16,022 nt of DNA, filler included, from an uncultured Gemmatimonadota bacterium (GCA_964490075.1; 7 parts of 7 records of this genome joined end to end with filler, not necessarily neighbours in it), one strand, 5' to 3'. Counted from the first letter of the whole stretch, positions 7,586 to 16,022 are shown. The notes: a model not told the origin generated them from the sequence alone. Numbers and translations are program-made.

Positions 7586-7641
7586 CCTCTCCGTCATTCC
7601 GCCTCGCGCCTCTCCGTCATTCCGGCGAAAGCCGGAATCCA
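7586..7641 (+). repeat. CGTC-tagged REP-like palindrome preceded by a partial direct duplication
   Basis: CGTC-ATTCCGGC-GAAA-GCCGGAAT-CCA at 7615-7641 (perfect 8-bp stem). The 16-bp direct repeat CCTCTCCGTCATTCCG occurs at 7586-7601 and 7609-7624. Confidence 0.8.
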
Positions 7642-7743
7642 CGCCTGCGCGAAGGCCTCGGGCCAATCAGAGCGATCAGAACCCCAGCGCTCGAGCAATC
7701 GCGCGATTTGCCCCTTGCAGCTGTTTGAATCGCCCACTACGCT

Positions 7744-7811
7744 GGCCCAAGAGGCCCAAGAGGCCCAAGAGGCCCAAGAGGCCCAAGAGGCCCAAGAGGC
7801 CCAAGAGGCCC
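7744..7811 (+). repeat. Perfect 9-bp tandem repeat (GGCCCAAGA)x7 plus partial GGCCC
   Basis: Counted directly: units start at 7744, 7753, 7762, 7771, 7780, 7789 and 7798. Confidence 0.97.
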
Positions 7812-7840
7812 GTAGGGCTCGTGGTGCCTGCGAAGAGCTC

Positions 7841-7874
7841 GTAGGGATCACGCGGCGCCGAAGACGCCGCGTAC
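7841..7874 (+). repeat. GTAG-tagged REP-like palindrome
   Basis: GTAGGGATC-ACGCGGCG-CCGAAGA-CGCCGCGT-AC (perfect 8-bp stem). A second, more degenerate GTAGGG unit starts at 7812. Confidence 0.65.
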
Positions 7875-7932
7875 GAACAAGGTCAGACCTCCTGATTCCA
7901 CGGAATCTAACAAGACCCCAGTTCGTAGACCA

Positions 7933-8032
7933 NNNNNNNNNNNNNNNNNNNNNNNNNNNNNNNNNNNNNNNNNNNNTTAATTAATTAANNNNNNNNNNNN
8001 NNNNNNNNNNNNNNNNNNNNNNNNNNNNNNNN
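7933..8032. other. Artificial contig linker
   Basis: 44 N + TTAATTAATTAA + 44 N. Confidence 0.99.
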
Positions 8033-9890
8033 CCAGCGCGCTCCCGGCGTACGATTCCAGCCCCACGCGGATCTCCGGCTGCTCCTTCCAGCGCAGGTCG
8101 ACGCTGCGCTCGGCGGGGATGTGTTCGTCGAGCTCGAAGCGCAGGCGGCGCTTGCCGGTGGGGCAGTTCGGGTGGATCAGCGGAGTGCGCTCGGAGAGCC
8201 AGCGGCCGTCGACGCGCACCCGGGCGCCGGGCGGATCGCTGATCAGGGTCAGCGCGCCGGTCTTGCGGCGCGGGGAGAGATCGAGGCGGCGGTGCTCGCC
8301 CTCGGCCAGGATCAGCTCGCGGCGTTCGGCGATCAATGTGTCGGCGCCGGCGACCACGACCAGGTGGCCTCGGGTGACGCGGGCATCCCGCACGGGAGTC
8401 CGGCCCATCGACCGGTCGTTGACGGTGACCGGGAGACCGGAAGGGGTGGAGCGGACGTCGAGCAACGCGAAGGCGGGGCGCAGCGTCTCGCTCAACGCCA
8501 CCGTCTCGCCGTCGCGCAGGCGAAACGAGCGCACCGCGGGGTGGTGCTGGGCCAGCTCCAGGCGGATCGAGTGCGGGCCGGAGGCCACCACCGGCAGATT
8601 TATCGGAGTGGTCTCGGCGAGGCGCGCGCCGTCGAGCAGGATCGTGGCCCCGGGCGGTGTCGACGCGATCTCGATCCGGCCGTGGGCGGGAGCCAGAGTC
8701 AACGAGAGTTGAATCGTCTGGCCGTCGCTCAGGGTCAACGTGGTGTCGCGCTCGTGGAAATGGGGGAGCTGGGCGCGCAGCGCGACGCTGCCGCTCGCTA
8801 CGCGACGCTCGACCAGCGGGCTGGTACCGGCGGCGCGCCCGCCCAGGAAGAGGGTGGCGCCGGGAGGATCGGTGTCGACGCTCACCAGGGCGAAGGCGGG
8901 CCGGAGGCTGGCGCCGACGCGCAGCGTTTCGTGCTCCTCGATCGTGACGAGCTCTTCGTGAGAATGGTGATCCGGCAGCTCTACCCGCATCGTGTAGCTG
9001 CCCGGCCGGAGCCCGGCGACGGTGCAGGAAGGGGTCGATCCGACCGCGGCGCCGTCCAGGAACACCGACGCGCCGGAGGGAGACGAGTCGACCACCAACA
9101 TGCCGCTGCCGGAGGGCGGCGGCGGCTGGCCGCGCACCTCGCGCAGCCGAAAGCGCAGCCCGAGATCGGCGCCGCTCAGCGCCTGCACCGTGGTGTCGAC
9201 CGGGGCGCGGCCGGCGGCGAAGAGCTGGATCCGGTGCTGGCCCGGCGCCAGGCGCAGGCGGGTTCGGCCCTGGCTGACCGGCACCGGGGCGCCATCGTCG
9301 ACCTGCACGTAGGCAGTCGGAGGATCGACCTCGACCCGCACCGAGGCCAGGTCGATGGTCGGCGGTGGGATCGGGGGCGGGGCGCTCACCTTGGCGCACA
9401 GATTGCGCGCGGCGCGGCGCAGCTCGGGGCGCAGCGCATTGGCGCTGGCGGCCTCGGCGCTCTCCTGCCCGATCAGCCGGCCATCGGCGGTCTCGTGCAG
9501 CTTGATCGTGGCGATGATCAGGTCGTCGAGGCGCAGCAGCCGACCCGACATGACCAGGCCGACCTCCATCCTGCGCCCAAGCTCGACCTCGCAGAAGTCC
9601 CCGAGGCAGTTGCCGATCGGAATCCCCTTCTCCGCCAGTCGCGCCTCGAGGTTTTCGCGGGTGAATACAAAATGCTCGGGCAGGTGGTCGATGGTGGCGC
9701 CGCGCAGCTCGTCGGAAAAGAGCATGCGCACGTCGGGCGGCACGGCTTCGCCTTGCAGCTCCAGCACGGCCATCTCTTCGCGCTCCTGAGCCTGGGCGCC
9801 GGCCGGCGGAGCGAGGCCCGCCGAGATCGAGAGGAAGATCAGGAAAAGGGAGAGGATTCGTCCGGTCCGCTGCGACACGATCGTGGTCAA
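8033..9890 (-). CDS. Secreted PEGA-repeat protein (6 PEGA domains) with an N-terminal CsgG/TolB-N-like domain; 3' end cut by contig edge
   Basis: Signal-peptide-like RILSLFLIFLSISAGLAPPAGAQA, then an alpha/beta domain with CLGDFCEVELG, a Pro-rich linker, and six repeats of the type xLxVxSxPxGAxVxxDG...TP. The TTG start is uncertain. Confidence 0.88.
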
Positions 9891-9977
9891 CCCCCGGCGC
9901 CCCGAACGAAAATCCCGCGGCCGTCTGCACCGGACGCGGGGCGCCCCATCGTTTTGGCCGGTGGCGGCGGAGGGGGG

Positions 9978-9986
9978 AGTGTATCA
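9978..9986 (-). promoter_or_regulatory. Candidate extended -10 (TGaTACACT) for the PEGA gene
   Basis: Matches TGnTAnnnT in a divergent intergenic region, ~90 nt upstream of the start. Confidence 0.35.
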
Positions 9987-10046
9987 GTCGCTGAGATGCG
10001 AGGGAACAACGGACTCCGATCTCACGCCGCTCGCGCGGCAGGCGTG

Positions 10047-10076
10047 TTGCCACCCGACCGGGGGGCGCGATACGAT
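10047..10076 (+). promoter_or_regulatory. Candidate sigma70-type promoter TTGCCA-N18-TACGAT
   Basis: -35 at 10047-10052 and -10 at 10071-10076, upstream of the ATG at 10149. Confidence 0.4.
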
Positions 10077-10148
10077 GGGTCTCGTTCCGGTCGCGGGCGG
10101 TCGAAACCCGGCCGATCCGACGGGAGCCGCCCGATCACAGGGGGACGG

Positions 10149-10207
10149 ATGAGGATTCCTTGGGGGGGGCTGGGCCTCCTCGTGATGATCGCGAGCGCGA
10201 GCGCCGC
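10149..10207 (+). CDS. Start of a probable secreted protein (signal peptide only; cut by contig edge)
   Basis: AGGGGG SD-like sequence, then MRIPWGGLGLLVMIASASA; divergent from the PEGA gene. Confidence 0.5.
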
Positions 10208-10307
10208 NNNNNNNNNNNNNNNNNNNNNNNNNNNNNNNNNNNNNNNNNNNNTTAATTAATTAANNNNNNNNNNNNNNNNNNNNNNNNNNNNNNNNNNNNN
10301 NNNNNNN
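10208..10307. other. Artificial contig linker
   Basis: 44 N + TTAATTAATTAA + 44 N. Confidence 0.99.
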
Positions 10308-10321
10308 CCCCCCGCGCCCGC

Positions 10322-12319
10322 TCATTCCACGTACCCCAACGCCCGCAGCCGCGCCCGCAGCGCCGGATCGCCCGCCGCCGCCCCCAGCGGCTCCGGCGCC
10401 GCCAGCGTCTCCAGCAGCCGCTCCAGCCGCCCCCCCCGCTCCGCCGCCAGCTCCGGCCGCCGCGCGCTCAGATTGCTGCGCTCCCCGCCCGCTCCCAGCG
10501 CGTAGAGTTCCGTCGCCGGCGGCTCCAGCGTGCGGATCAGCTTCCAGCCGCCGGTCACCAGCGCCATCCGATCGCGATGCGCCTGCGGCCTCCGGGTCTC
10601 CGCGAAAACCACCCTCCCCAGATCGCCCTGCGCTGCAGCGCGATCGGTTTCGCCGGATGCGTCATCGGCGAGCAGAGAAAAGCCCGAGTGTTCATCCCCC
10701 CTCTTCAATCCCAGCAGGCTGGCGAGTGTCGCGTTCAGGTCGACCAGCCCCGCCGGAGAGCGGCCCGCCGCCAGCCGCCGGTCGGTCCCCGCCACGATCA
10801 GCGGCACCGCCAAGAGCTGGTCGTAGAGGTGGTGCACATGCCCGACCAGACCGCGTTCGCCGAGCGCCTCGCCGTGGTCGGCGGTCACCGCGACGACCGT
10901 CGACGGCCCCAGCCCCAGCCGCCGCAGCTCCGCCAGCAGCGCCCCGATCAGCCGGTCGACATGACGCACCTCGCCGGCGTAGCGGCGCGCGATCTCGTCG
11001 ACCGCCATGTGCTCCTTGGCCAGGTAACGCAGCGTGACGCGGCGTGCCTCGGCGGCGCGGTTGACCAGCACCAGCTCGCCCTCGCTCTCCAGCCAGCGCC
11101 CCTCCAGCCCGAGTCCGGGCGGGAACTCGCGCCACCCGGGGCCGAGCCCGAGGTCGATGTCGGCCAGCGCCGTGGAATCGGCCCCCTCGAGGCGCAGCAC
11201 CGGCAGCTTGAAGCTGAGCCGGCTCCCGCGCAGCGGCGGACCGGGGCCGCTCGCCACCAGGCGCAGGCGGGTCTCGCCGGGCGGCAGCAGCAGCGGCGCG
11301 CGCGAGAGGGCGTCGCGGGTGAAGTGGTGGCCAGGAACCCCCGCGCCGGCGGCGTCGACCAGGCGCAGATCCTTGCCGGCGGTGCCGGGCGGCTCGTAGG
11401 GCTCGTGCGGCTCGGCGTAGTGCACCCAGAGCAGGAAGCGCTGGTCGCGCAGCCCCTCGAGCAGGCGCGCGGCGTGGCGGTTCACCTGCTCGCCGCTGCG
11501 CCAGTAGACCGGTCCCTCGGGCACGTCGACGAAACGGCGGAAGCCCTGGTCGAAGCCGAAGCGGGCGTTGAGGACGCCGAGGGCGACCACGGCGGCGGTC
11601 TCGATGCCGGCGGCGGCGGCGCGCTGCGCCAGGGTCGGCGCGGCGGGTCGGAAGAGGTCGCCGTTGTTGACCACGCCCGACTCGCGCGGCAGCCGGCCGC
11701 TGAAGAGGGCGGCGTGGGCCGGGGCGGTGATCGGGGCGTGGCTGCGCAGGTCGCAGCGCCGGTCGCCGGCGGCGGCGAGCGAGTCGAGGGTGGGGGTCGG
11801 CGGGCCGCCGCAGAGGCCGAGGTGGTCGGCGCGCAGGGTGTCGATGGTGATCAGCAGCAGCGAGGGGCGGGCCGGGTCGCGGGGGGCGAGGGGGCGCGCG
11901 ACGCCGTTCGAGAGGATCCGCGGGTCGCGCCAGCCGGCCCAGTCGTAGCGGCCGTCGCCGTCGTCGCGGGTGCGCAGGATCAGGTCGGTCGGGCCGGGGC
12001 CGCCGAGCAGGTCGACCAGGTCGAGGTCGATCGGAATCCAGCGCCGGTCGGCGGGATTGACGCGCGGTTCGACGCGGCGCCGGTAGACGACCTTGGTGCC
12101 GAAGAGGCCAGGGCGTCCGACCTCGAAGACGACACCGTTGCCGGGACGTTCCCAGGCGCCGTCGGCGATGCCGAGGGCGGTGACCAGGCGCGCGCCGGGG
12201 TGGATCGGCAGGTCGGGGAAGCGGATCTCGCTGTCTGGGTGCTGGAAGATGCACGCGGCCTCTTCGCCGGCGACGAAGAGGCGGGCGGCGCGCACGTCGG
12301 CGTCCGCGGGGCGGATGGT
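10322..12319 (-). CDS. Sulfatase-like (alkaline phosphatase superfamily) hydrolase/transferase with a TxPxH nucleophile motif; 5' end cut by contig edge
   Basis: LLITIDTLRADHL, APITAPAHAALFSG, HYAEPHEPY, YAGEVRHVD, TADHGEALGERGLVGH, VPLIV and terminal LRALGYVE. The frame is open to the contig end (TIRPADAD upstream of GTG 12295). Confidence 0.9.
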   Translation of the reverse strand, partial: TIRPADADVRAARLFVAGEEAACIFQHPDSEIRFPDLPIHPGARLVTALGIADGAWERPGNGVVFEVGRPGLFGTKVVYRRRVEPRVNPADRRWIPIDLDLVDLLGGPGPTDLILRTRDDGDGRYDWAGWRDPRILSNGVARPLAPRDPARPSLLLITIDTLRADHLGLCGGPPTPTLDSLAAAGDRRCDLRSHAPITAPAHAALFSGRLPRESGVVNNGDLFRPAAPTLAQRAAAAGIETAAVVALGVLNARFGFDQGFRRFVDVPEGPVYWRSGEQVNRHAARLLEGLRDQRFLLWVHYAEPHEPYEPPGTAGKDLRLVDAAGAGVPGHHFTRDALSRAPLLLPPGETRLRLVASGPGPPLRGSRLSFKLPVLRLEGADSTALADIDLGLGPGWREFPPGLGLEGRWLESEGELVLVNRAAEARRVTLRYLAKEHMAVDEIARRYAGEVRHVDRLIGALLAELRRLGLGPSTVVAVTADHGEALGERGLVGHVHHLYDQLLAVPLIVAGTDRRLAAGRSPAGLVDLNATLASLLGLKRGDEHSGFSLLADDASGETDRAAAQGDLGRVVFAETRRPQAHRDRMALVTGGWKLIRTLEPPATELYALGAGGERSNLSARRPELAAERGGRLERLLETLAAPEPLGAAAGDPALRARLRALGYVE

Positions 12320-12419
12320 NNNNNNNNNNNNNNNNNNNNNNNNNNNNNNNNNNNNNNNNNNNNTTAATTAATTAANNNNNNNNNNNNNNNNNNNNNNNNN
12401 NNNNNNNNNNNNNNNNNNN
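12320..12419. other. Artificial contig linker
   Basis: 44 N + TTAATTAATTAA + 44 N. Confidence 0.99.
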
Positions 12420-13314
12420 TGGCCCAGATCGCGGCGTAGTAGCGCGTGCCGCCCGGGGCGTGCATCAGGCCGCCCTCGGTGCGGAAGATGCTCTCCACCG
12501 CGCGCAGCTTGGCGAAGGCGAAGGCGGCGTCGAGCTCCGGGTCGGGGGTCTGGAGAATCAGCTCGCCGTAGGCAGGAAAATGACGGATTCCGCTGCGCTG
12601 AGCTTCGCGTCGCTTGGAGAGTTCGAGGGCTTCTTCGGCCGACCGGCGGGCCGAGAACACCCGCCACCAGCTGAGGGTCTTGCCCGGCTCCAAGGACTGC
12701 AGCGGGAGGTTCTCCCCGTCGCTGCGGACCTCGTAGGGGCCGTCCAGGGTCCGCTTCGCCGGCCAGATCTCAGCGGTGTTGATGGCGTGGACCTCGACCT
12801 GGATCGCAGCCGGGCCCGTGTTTCGCAGCCATAACAGCTCGAAGGCGGCCGGTGCAGTGGCGCAAGGCATGAGCCAGCGCTGCAGGCTCAGGCCGGGGCC
12901 GAGATCGCTCTCGATCGACAGGACGCCCTCGAAGCTGACCCGGCGCGGCCGCTCGGGCGGCGCCAACTCGCCGTCGACGAAGATCCGCCACTCCCCGCCG
13001 GGGCCGTCGATCGGGAAGTCGCCGCGCAGGCTGGCGTGGGTGTCGTCGGGCAGGGTGCGCAGCATCGGCCACATCACGGTGCGGTCGAGGTGGAGGGTGC
13101 CGTCCTCCTTGACGCCGTAGCGCACCACCATCGACACCCGCTCCCCCGACATCTCGACTTGGTCTTGGTGCGGCAGCCGTTCATCGGCGGCGATGTCCCA
13201 GACGATGCTCGGGCCGAAGGGGGACGCAGCCGTCCGGTCGAGCCGCCAGCGGTCGGTGGCGTCCTGCTGCGGGACTTCGGCAGTGACCAGGGTGAGGAGG
13301 ACGAGCGCGATCAT
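12420..13314 (-). CDS. Putative six-hairpin glycosidase-like protein, N-terminal part; 3' end cut by contig edge
   Basis: The likely start is ATG 13314, which overlaps the upstream TGA (ATGA). Hydrophobic MIALVLLTLVTA, then EMSG, WPMLRTLPDDTHASL, LQTPDPELDAAFAFAK and MHAPGGTRYYAAIWA. TPD plus helix plus a W-containing motif is the typical entry into (alpha/alpha)6 domains. Confidence 0.7.
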
Positions 13315-14284
13315 GGCTGCTGATGGCCGTAGATTCGGACGGAGCGCAGGTGGAAGGGAGTGGGCACCTCGTGGTGCGTCTCCAGCTTCAGGTAGCGGGC
13401 GCGCCGGCCTGGCCCAGACGAGGTCCCGTCGAAGATCTCGATCTCCCACCGATCGCGCACTTCGTCGGCCTTCCATGCCGCTCCCCACTTCTCTCCATCT
13501 TGGGAGAGCCAGAGCCGGGGTTTGCCGGCGCGTTCTTCATACCCGGGCCGGTTCTCGATCGCGAGGAAACGAACCCGCTTGACCTCGCCGAGGTCGATGA
13601 TGATCCAGGGCTCGAGTTCCGCTGCAGTGTGGAAGGCGAAAGCAGGCGCATTCGGTTCAGGGTCGAGCAGCTGCGCGTGGTTCGCCGGGACGTCCCACTC
13701 TGACGTCGAGCTGGCGGTGAAGCTGGCGTCCTGGGAGATCCAGTCCGGTGCGACTGGTCCCCCGAGGAATGAGGGCAACGGCCCGCCTCGGTCGGCGCTG
13801 CGATCGACCGGAGCCTCTACCGTCAGCTCGTAGATCGTGTCGATCGGATGAGAACCGCCCTCTGGTGGGCTGAGGACCAGCCGGTGGTTGTCCAACCGGT
13901 GTCCCCAAGTGAAGTCCGCGTCGGAGGTCAGCAGCTTGACGTCGAGGATCCGCTGTCGGAAGGCAGGCAGGACCAAGAGGTCGCCCGGCCAGCGGAAGAC
14001 ATGAACCCAGATCTTGTCGCCGCGCCAAGTCGCCCCGCCCCACTCGCCGCACTCCCACGGGCCGCCGCGCGTGCCGTAGATGGTGTCGCCGTACTCCTGC
14101 AACCAGGCGCCCATCTCGCGCAGCCGCGCCGCCTGCTCGGGCTCGACGCTGCCGTCGGCCATCGGCCCGATATTGAACAGGAAGTTGCCGTCGCCGGCGG
14201 CGCAGCGGATCAAGCCGCGCAGGCACTCGCGCAGGCTCTTGACCGGGTCGTCCGGCTTCCACGCCCACTGCCGGGCGATGGTCA
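13311..14284 (-). CDS. Alpha-L-fucosidase (GH29) C-terminal part with an F5/8 type C (CBM32-like) domain; 5' end cut by contig edge
   Basis: The frame is open from the contig end: TIARQWAWKPDDPVKSLRECL...GDGNFLFNIGPMADG...LREMGAWLQEYGDTIYGTRGGPW. The C-terminus ASSTS...AFHT...PWIIIDLG...IENR...SQDGEKW...ARYLKL is discoidin-like. Confidence 0.9.
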
Positions 14285-14384
14285 NNNNNNNNNNNNNNNN
14301 NNNNNNNNNNNNNNNNNNNNNNNNNNNNTTAATTAATTAANNNNNNNNNNNNNNNNNNNNNNNNNNNNNNNNNNNNNNNNNNNN
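14285..14384. other. Artificial contig linker
   Basis: 44 N + TTAATTAATTAA + 44 N. Confidence 0.99.
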
Positions 14385-15868
14385 TCCCGGTCTACCTCTA
14401 CGAGCACGCCGCCAGCCGCCCCGAGTGGCGCAACCTGGCCAACGTGCGCAAGGGCGAGTACGAGGCCCTGGCCGACAAGCTGGTCGATCCGGCCTGGAAG
14501 CCCGACTTCGGTCCCGCCGAATGGAACGAGAAGATCGCCCGCTCGGGGGTCGTAACGATCGGCGCGCGCGAGTTCCTGATCGCCTACAACATCAACCTGA
14601 ACACCCGCGACAAACGCTACGCCAAAGACCTCGCCTTCGAGATCCGCGAGGCCGGGCGCGCCAAGCGCAGTGGCAACATCGATCCCGACTACTTTCGCGG
14701 CGAACGGCTGCGCTACGACGTGGCCGGCGGGGTGTGGCCCTGCGGGATCTGCGACTTCGTGGGAGCGTCGGTGGACGAAATCCGCGCCCATTTCGCCGCC
14801 TCGCACGAGACGACATTCGACGAGTACCTCGAGCGCTACGGCCAGAAGCTCGACAAGATCGATCGCAAAATCGTCAAGAAGCCGGGGCTCTTCGAACATT
14901 GCAAGGCGACCGGTTGGGTGATCGAAGAGTACGGCTGCGCTCAGGTCACGATGAATCTGACCGACTACCATGTCGCTGCTCCCTACCAGGTGCTGGAGGC
15001 GGTGCGCCAGCTGGCGCGGTCGCGCGGCATCGAGGTGACCGGCTCGGAGATCGTCGGGGTGATTCCTTTCCAGGCGATGCTCGAGGCGGGTCGCTTCTAT
15101 CAGGCCCGCTACGGCGGCAGCAGCGCGCTGCCCTGGCGCGATCTGCTGGAGATCGCGGTGCGCTCGATGAACCTCGCCGACGTGGCGCCCTTCGACATCG
15201 ACCAGAAGGTGCTGGGGCTGCCCGAGGAGCCGGAGCGCTGCCTGATGGCCTTGCCCTGCCGGGATTTCGTGCACGAAGTGTCGCGCGAGTCGCCGGCTCC
15301 GGGGGGAGGCAGCGTGGCCGCGCTGGCCGGTGCTCTGGGGGCCGGGCTCGGCGCCATGGTGTCGAACCTGGCGATCGACAAGGAGGGCTACGAGCAGGAT
15401 TCGCCCCGACTCAACCTCCTGGCGGAGCGCATCCAGGAGATCAAGGATCGCTTGATCCGCTCGGTCGACACCGACACCGAGGCCTTCAACTTCGTGCTCG
15501 AGGCGATGCGCCTGCCCAAGGCGACGCGCGAGGAGAAGGCGGCCCGCCACGCGGCGATCCAGGAGGGCTACCAGCAGGCCTCGCGGGTGCCCCTGGAGAC
15601 CGCCAAGCTCTGCCTGGAGGTGATCGAGCTGGCCGCCGAGATCGGCCGGCTGGGGCTGAGGGCCTCGGTGAGCGATGCCGGCGTGGCCGCGCTGATGGCC
15701 TGCGCCGGTGTCGAGGGAGCGGTCTACAACGTACGGATCAACCTGCCTTCGATCGAGGATCCGGGCTTCCGCGTCGAGCTCGGCGCCGAGCTCGACGAGC
15801 TGGTGGAAGAGGCGCGGCGCCTGCGCGACGAATCCGACCGCTTCGTGCTGCGGAGCATCGCCGAGTAG
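14385..15868 (+). CDS. ftcd: Bifunctional glutamate formimidoyltransferase / formimidoyltetrahydrofolate cyclodeaminase; 5' end cut by contig edge
   Basis: The frame is open from 14387. Transferase part: PVYLYEHAA...NLANVRKGEYE...PDFGP...GAREFLIAYNINL...AQVTMNL...GSEIVGVIP. Cyclodeaminase part: SPAPGGGSVAALAGALG...DTEAFN...VPLE...SDAGVA...GAVYNVRINL. Confidence 0.95.
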
Positions 15869-16022
15869 CGGGATTGTGGCCTGAGCCCACCCTATTCACC
15901 CAATCGCGTAGCGAAACGGCGCAGGTCCGTGCGTGGCCGGCACTTCACGTGCTTGGCGCGCCTGGGCGTAGTTGTCATGTTCCCCCAGCTCCTGCCGCCA
16001 AATTCCGCAATCGCAGCCCTGG

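Noticed and set aside
7563-7587. GGGGTTCCGAATCCC resembling a tRNA T-arm or att remnant
   Set aside because: It has an extra C relative to GTTCGAATCC, and there is no cloverleaf or CCA end. It is more likely part of the palindrome cluster.
7744-7811. Tandem repeat as a CRISPR array
   Set aside because: The units are 9 bp and contiguous, with no spacers and no cas genes.
7289-7984. 231-aa ORF with (AQE)7 repeat
   Set aside because: It overlaps the ATPase 3' end out of frame, crosses palindromic repeats and has no protein-like motifs. A 9-bp unit keeps any stop-free frame open.
7981-10259. 690-aa (-) and 712-aa (+) ORFs
   Set aside because: Shadows of the PEGA gene. Only the last ~19 codons of the plus ORF (from ATG 10149) look like a real gene start.
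10577-12367. 596-aa (+) and 520-aa (-) ORFs
   Set aside because: Shadows of the very GC-rich sulfatase-like gene; Arg/Pro/Gly-rich with no motifs.
13315-13488. N-terminal 58 aa of ORF 12364..13488
   Set aside because: It overlaps the fucosidase C-terminus. The ATGA overlap and hydrophobic leader point to 13314 as the start.
4315-14284. A glycosphingolipid-degradation cluster (ceramidase + sulfatase-like + fucosidase)
   Set aside because: The genes are on separate contigs joined artificially and may not come from the same organism.
14333-15550. 405-aa minus-strand ORF
   Set aside because: Antisense shadow of ftcd.

Overview
This window is not one continuous locus. It is seven GC-rich bacterial contig pieces joined by six artificial 100-nt linkers (N44-TTAATTAATTAA-N44). 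The five complete contigs run in descending length, so neighbourhoods across linkers mean nothing. Contig A (1-3346): an uncalled partial P-loop ATPase, and an IS91/ISCR-type transposase 3' fragment apparently interrupted by a large serine recombinase element. Contig B (3447-5653): a beta-helix protein fragment, the right end of an IS66 inserted in a vapC-type toxin gene, and a ceramidase-family amidase. Contig C (5754-7932): a complete ATPase-PD-(D/E)XK nuclease that is homologous to the contig A gene, followed by a dense cluster of REP-like palindromes and a 9-bp tandem repeat. Contig D: a secreted protein with 6 PEGA domains. Contig E: a sulfatase-fold enzyme with TxPxH in place of (C/S)xPxR. 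Contig F: a GH29 fucosidase with an F5/8-C domain, coupled to a six-hairpin glycosidase-like gene. Contig G: a bifunctional FTCD with a ~70-aa insertion that has exact C2H2 zinc-finger spacing. The most notable items are the C2H2 insertion in FTCD, the recombinase terminus with an outward-pointing SD+ATG, and the ATPase-nuclease pair. All family calls come from motif recognition by eye; no database search was run.
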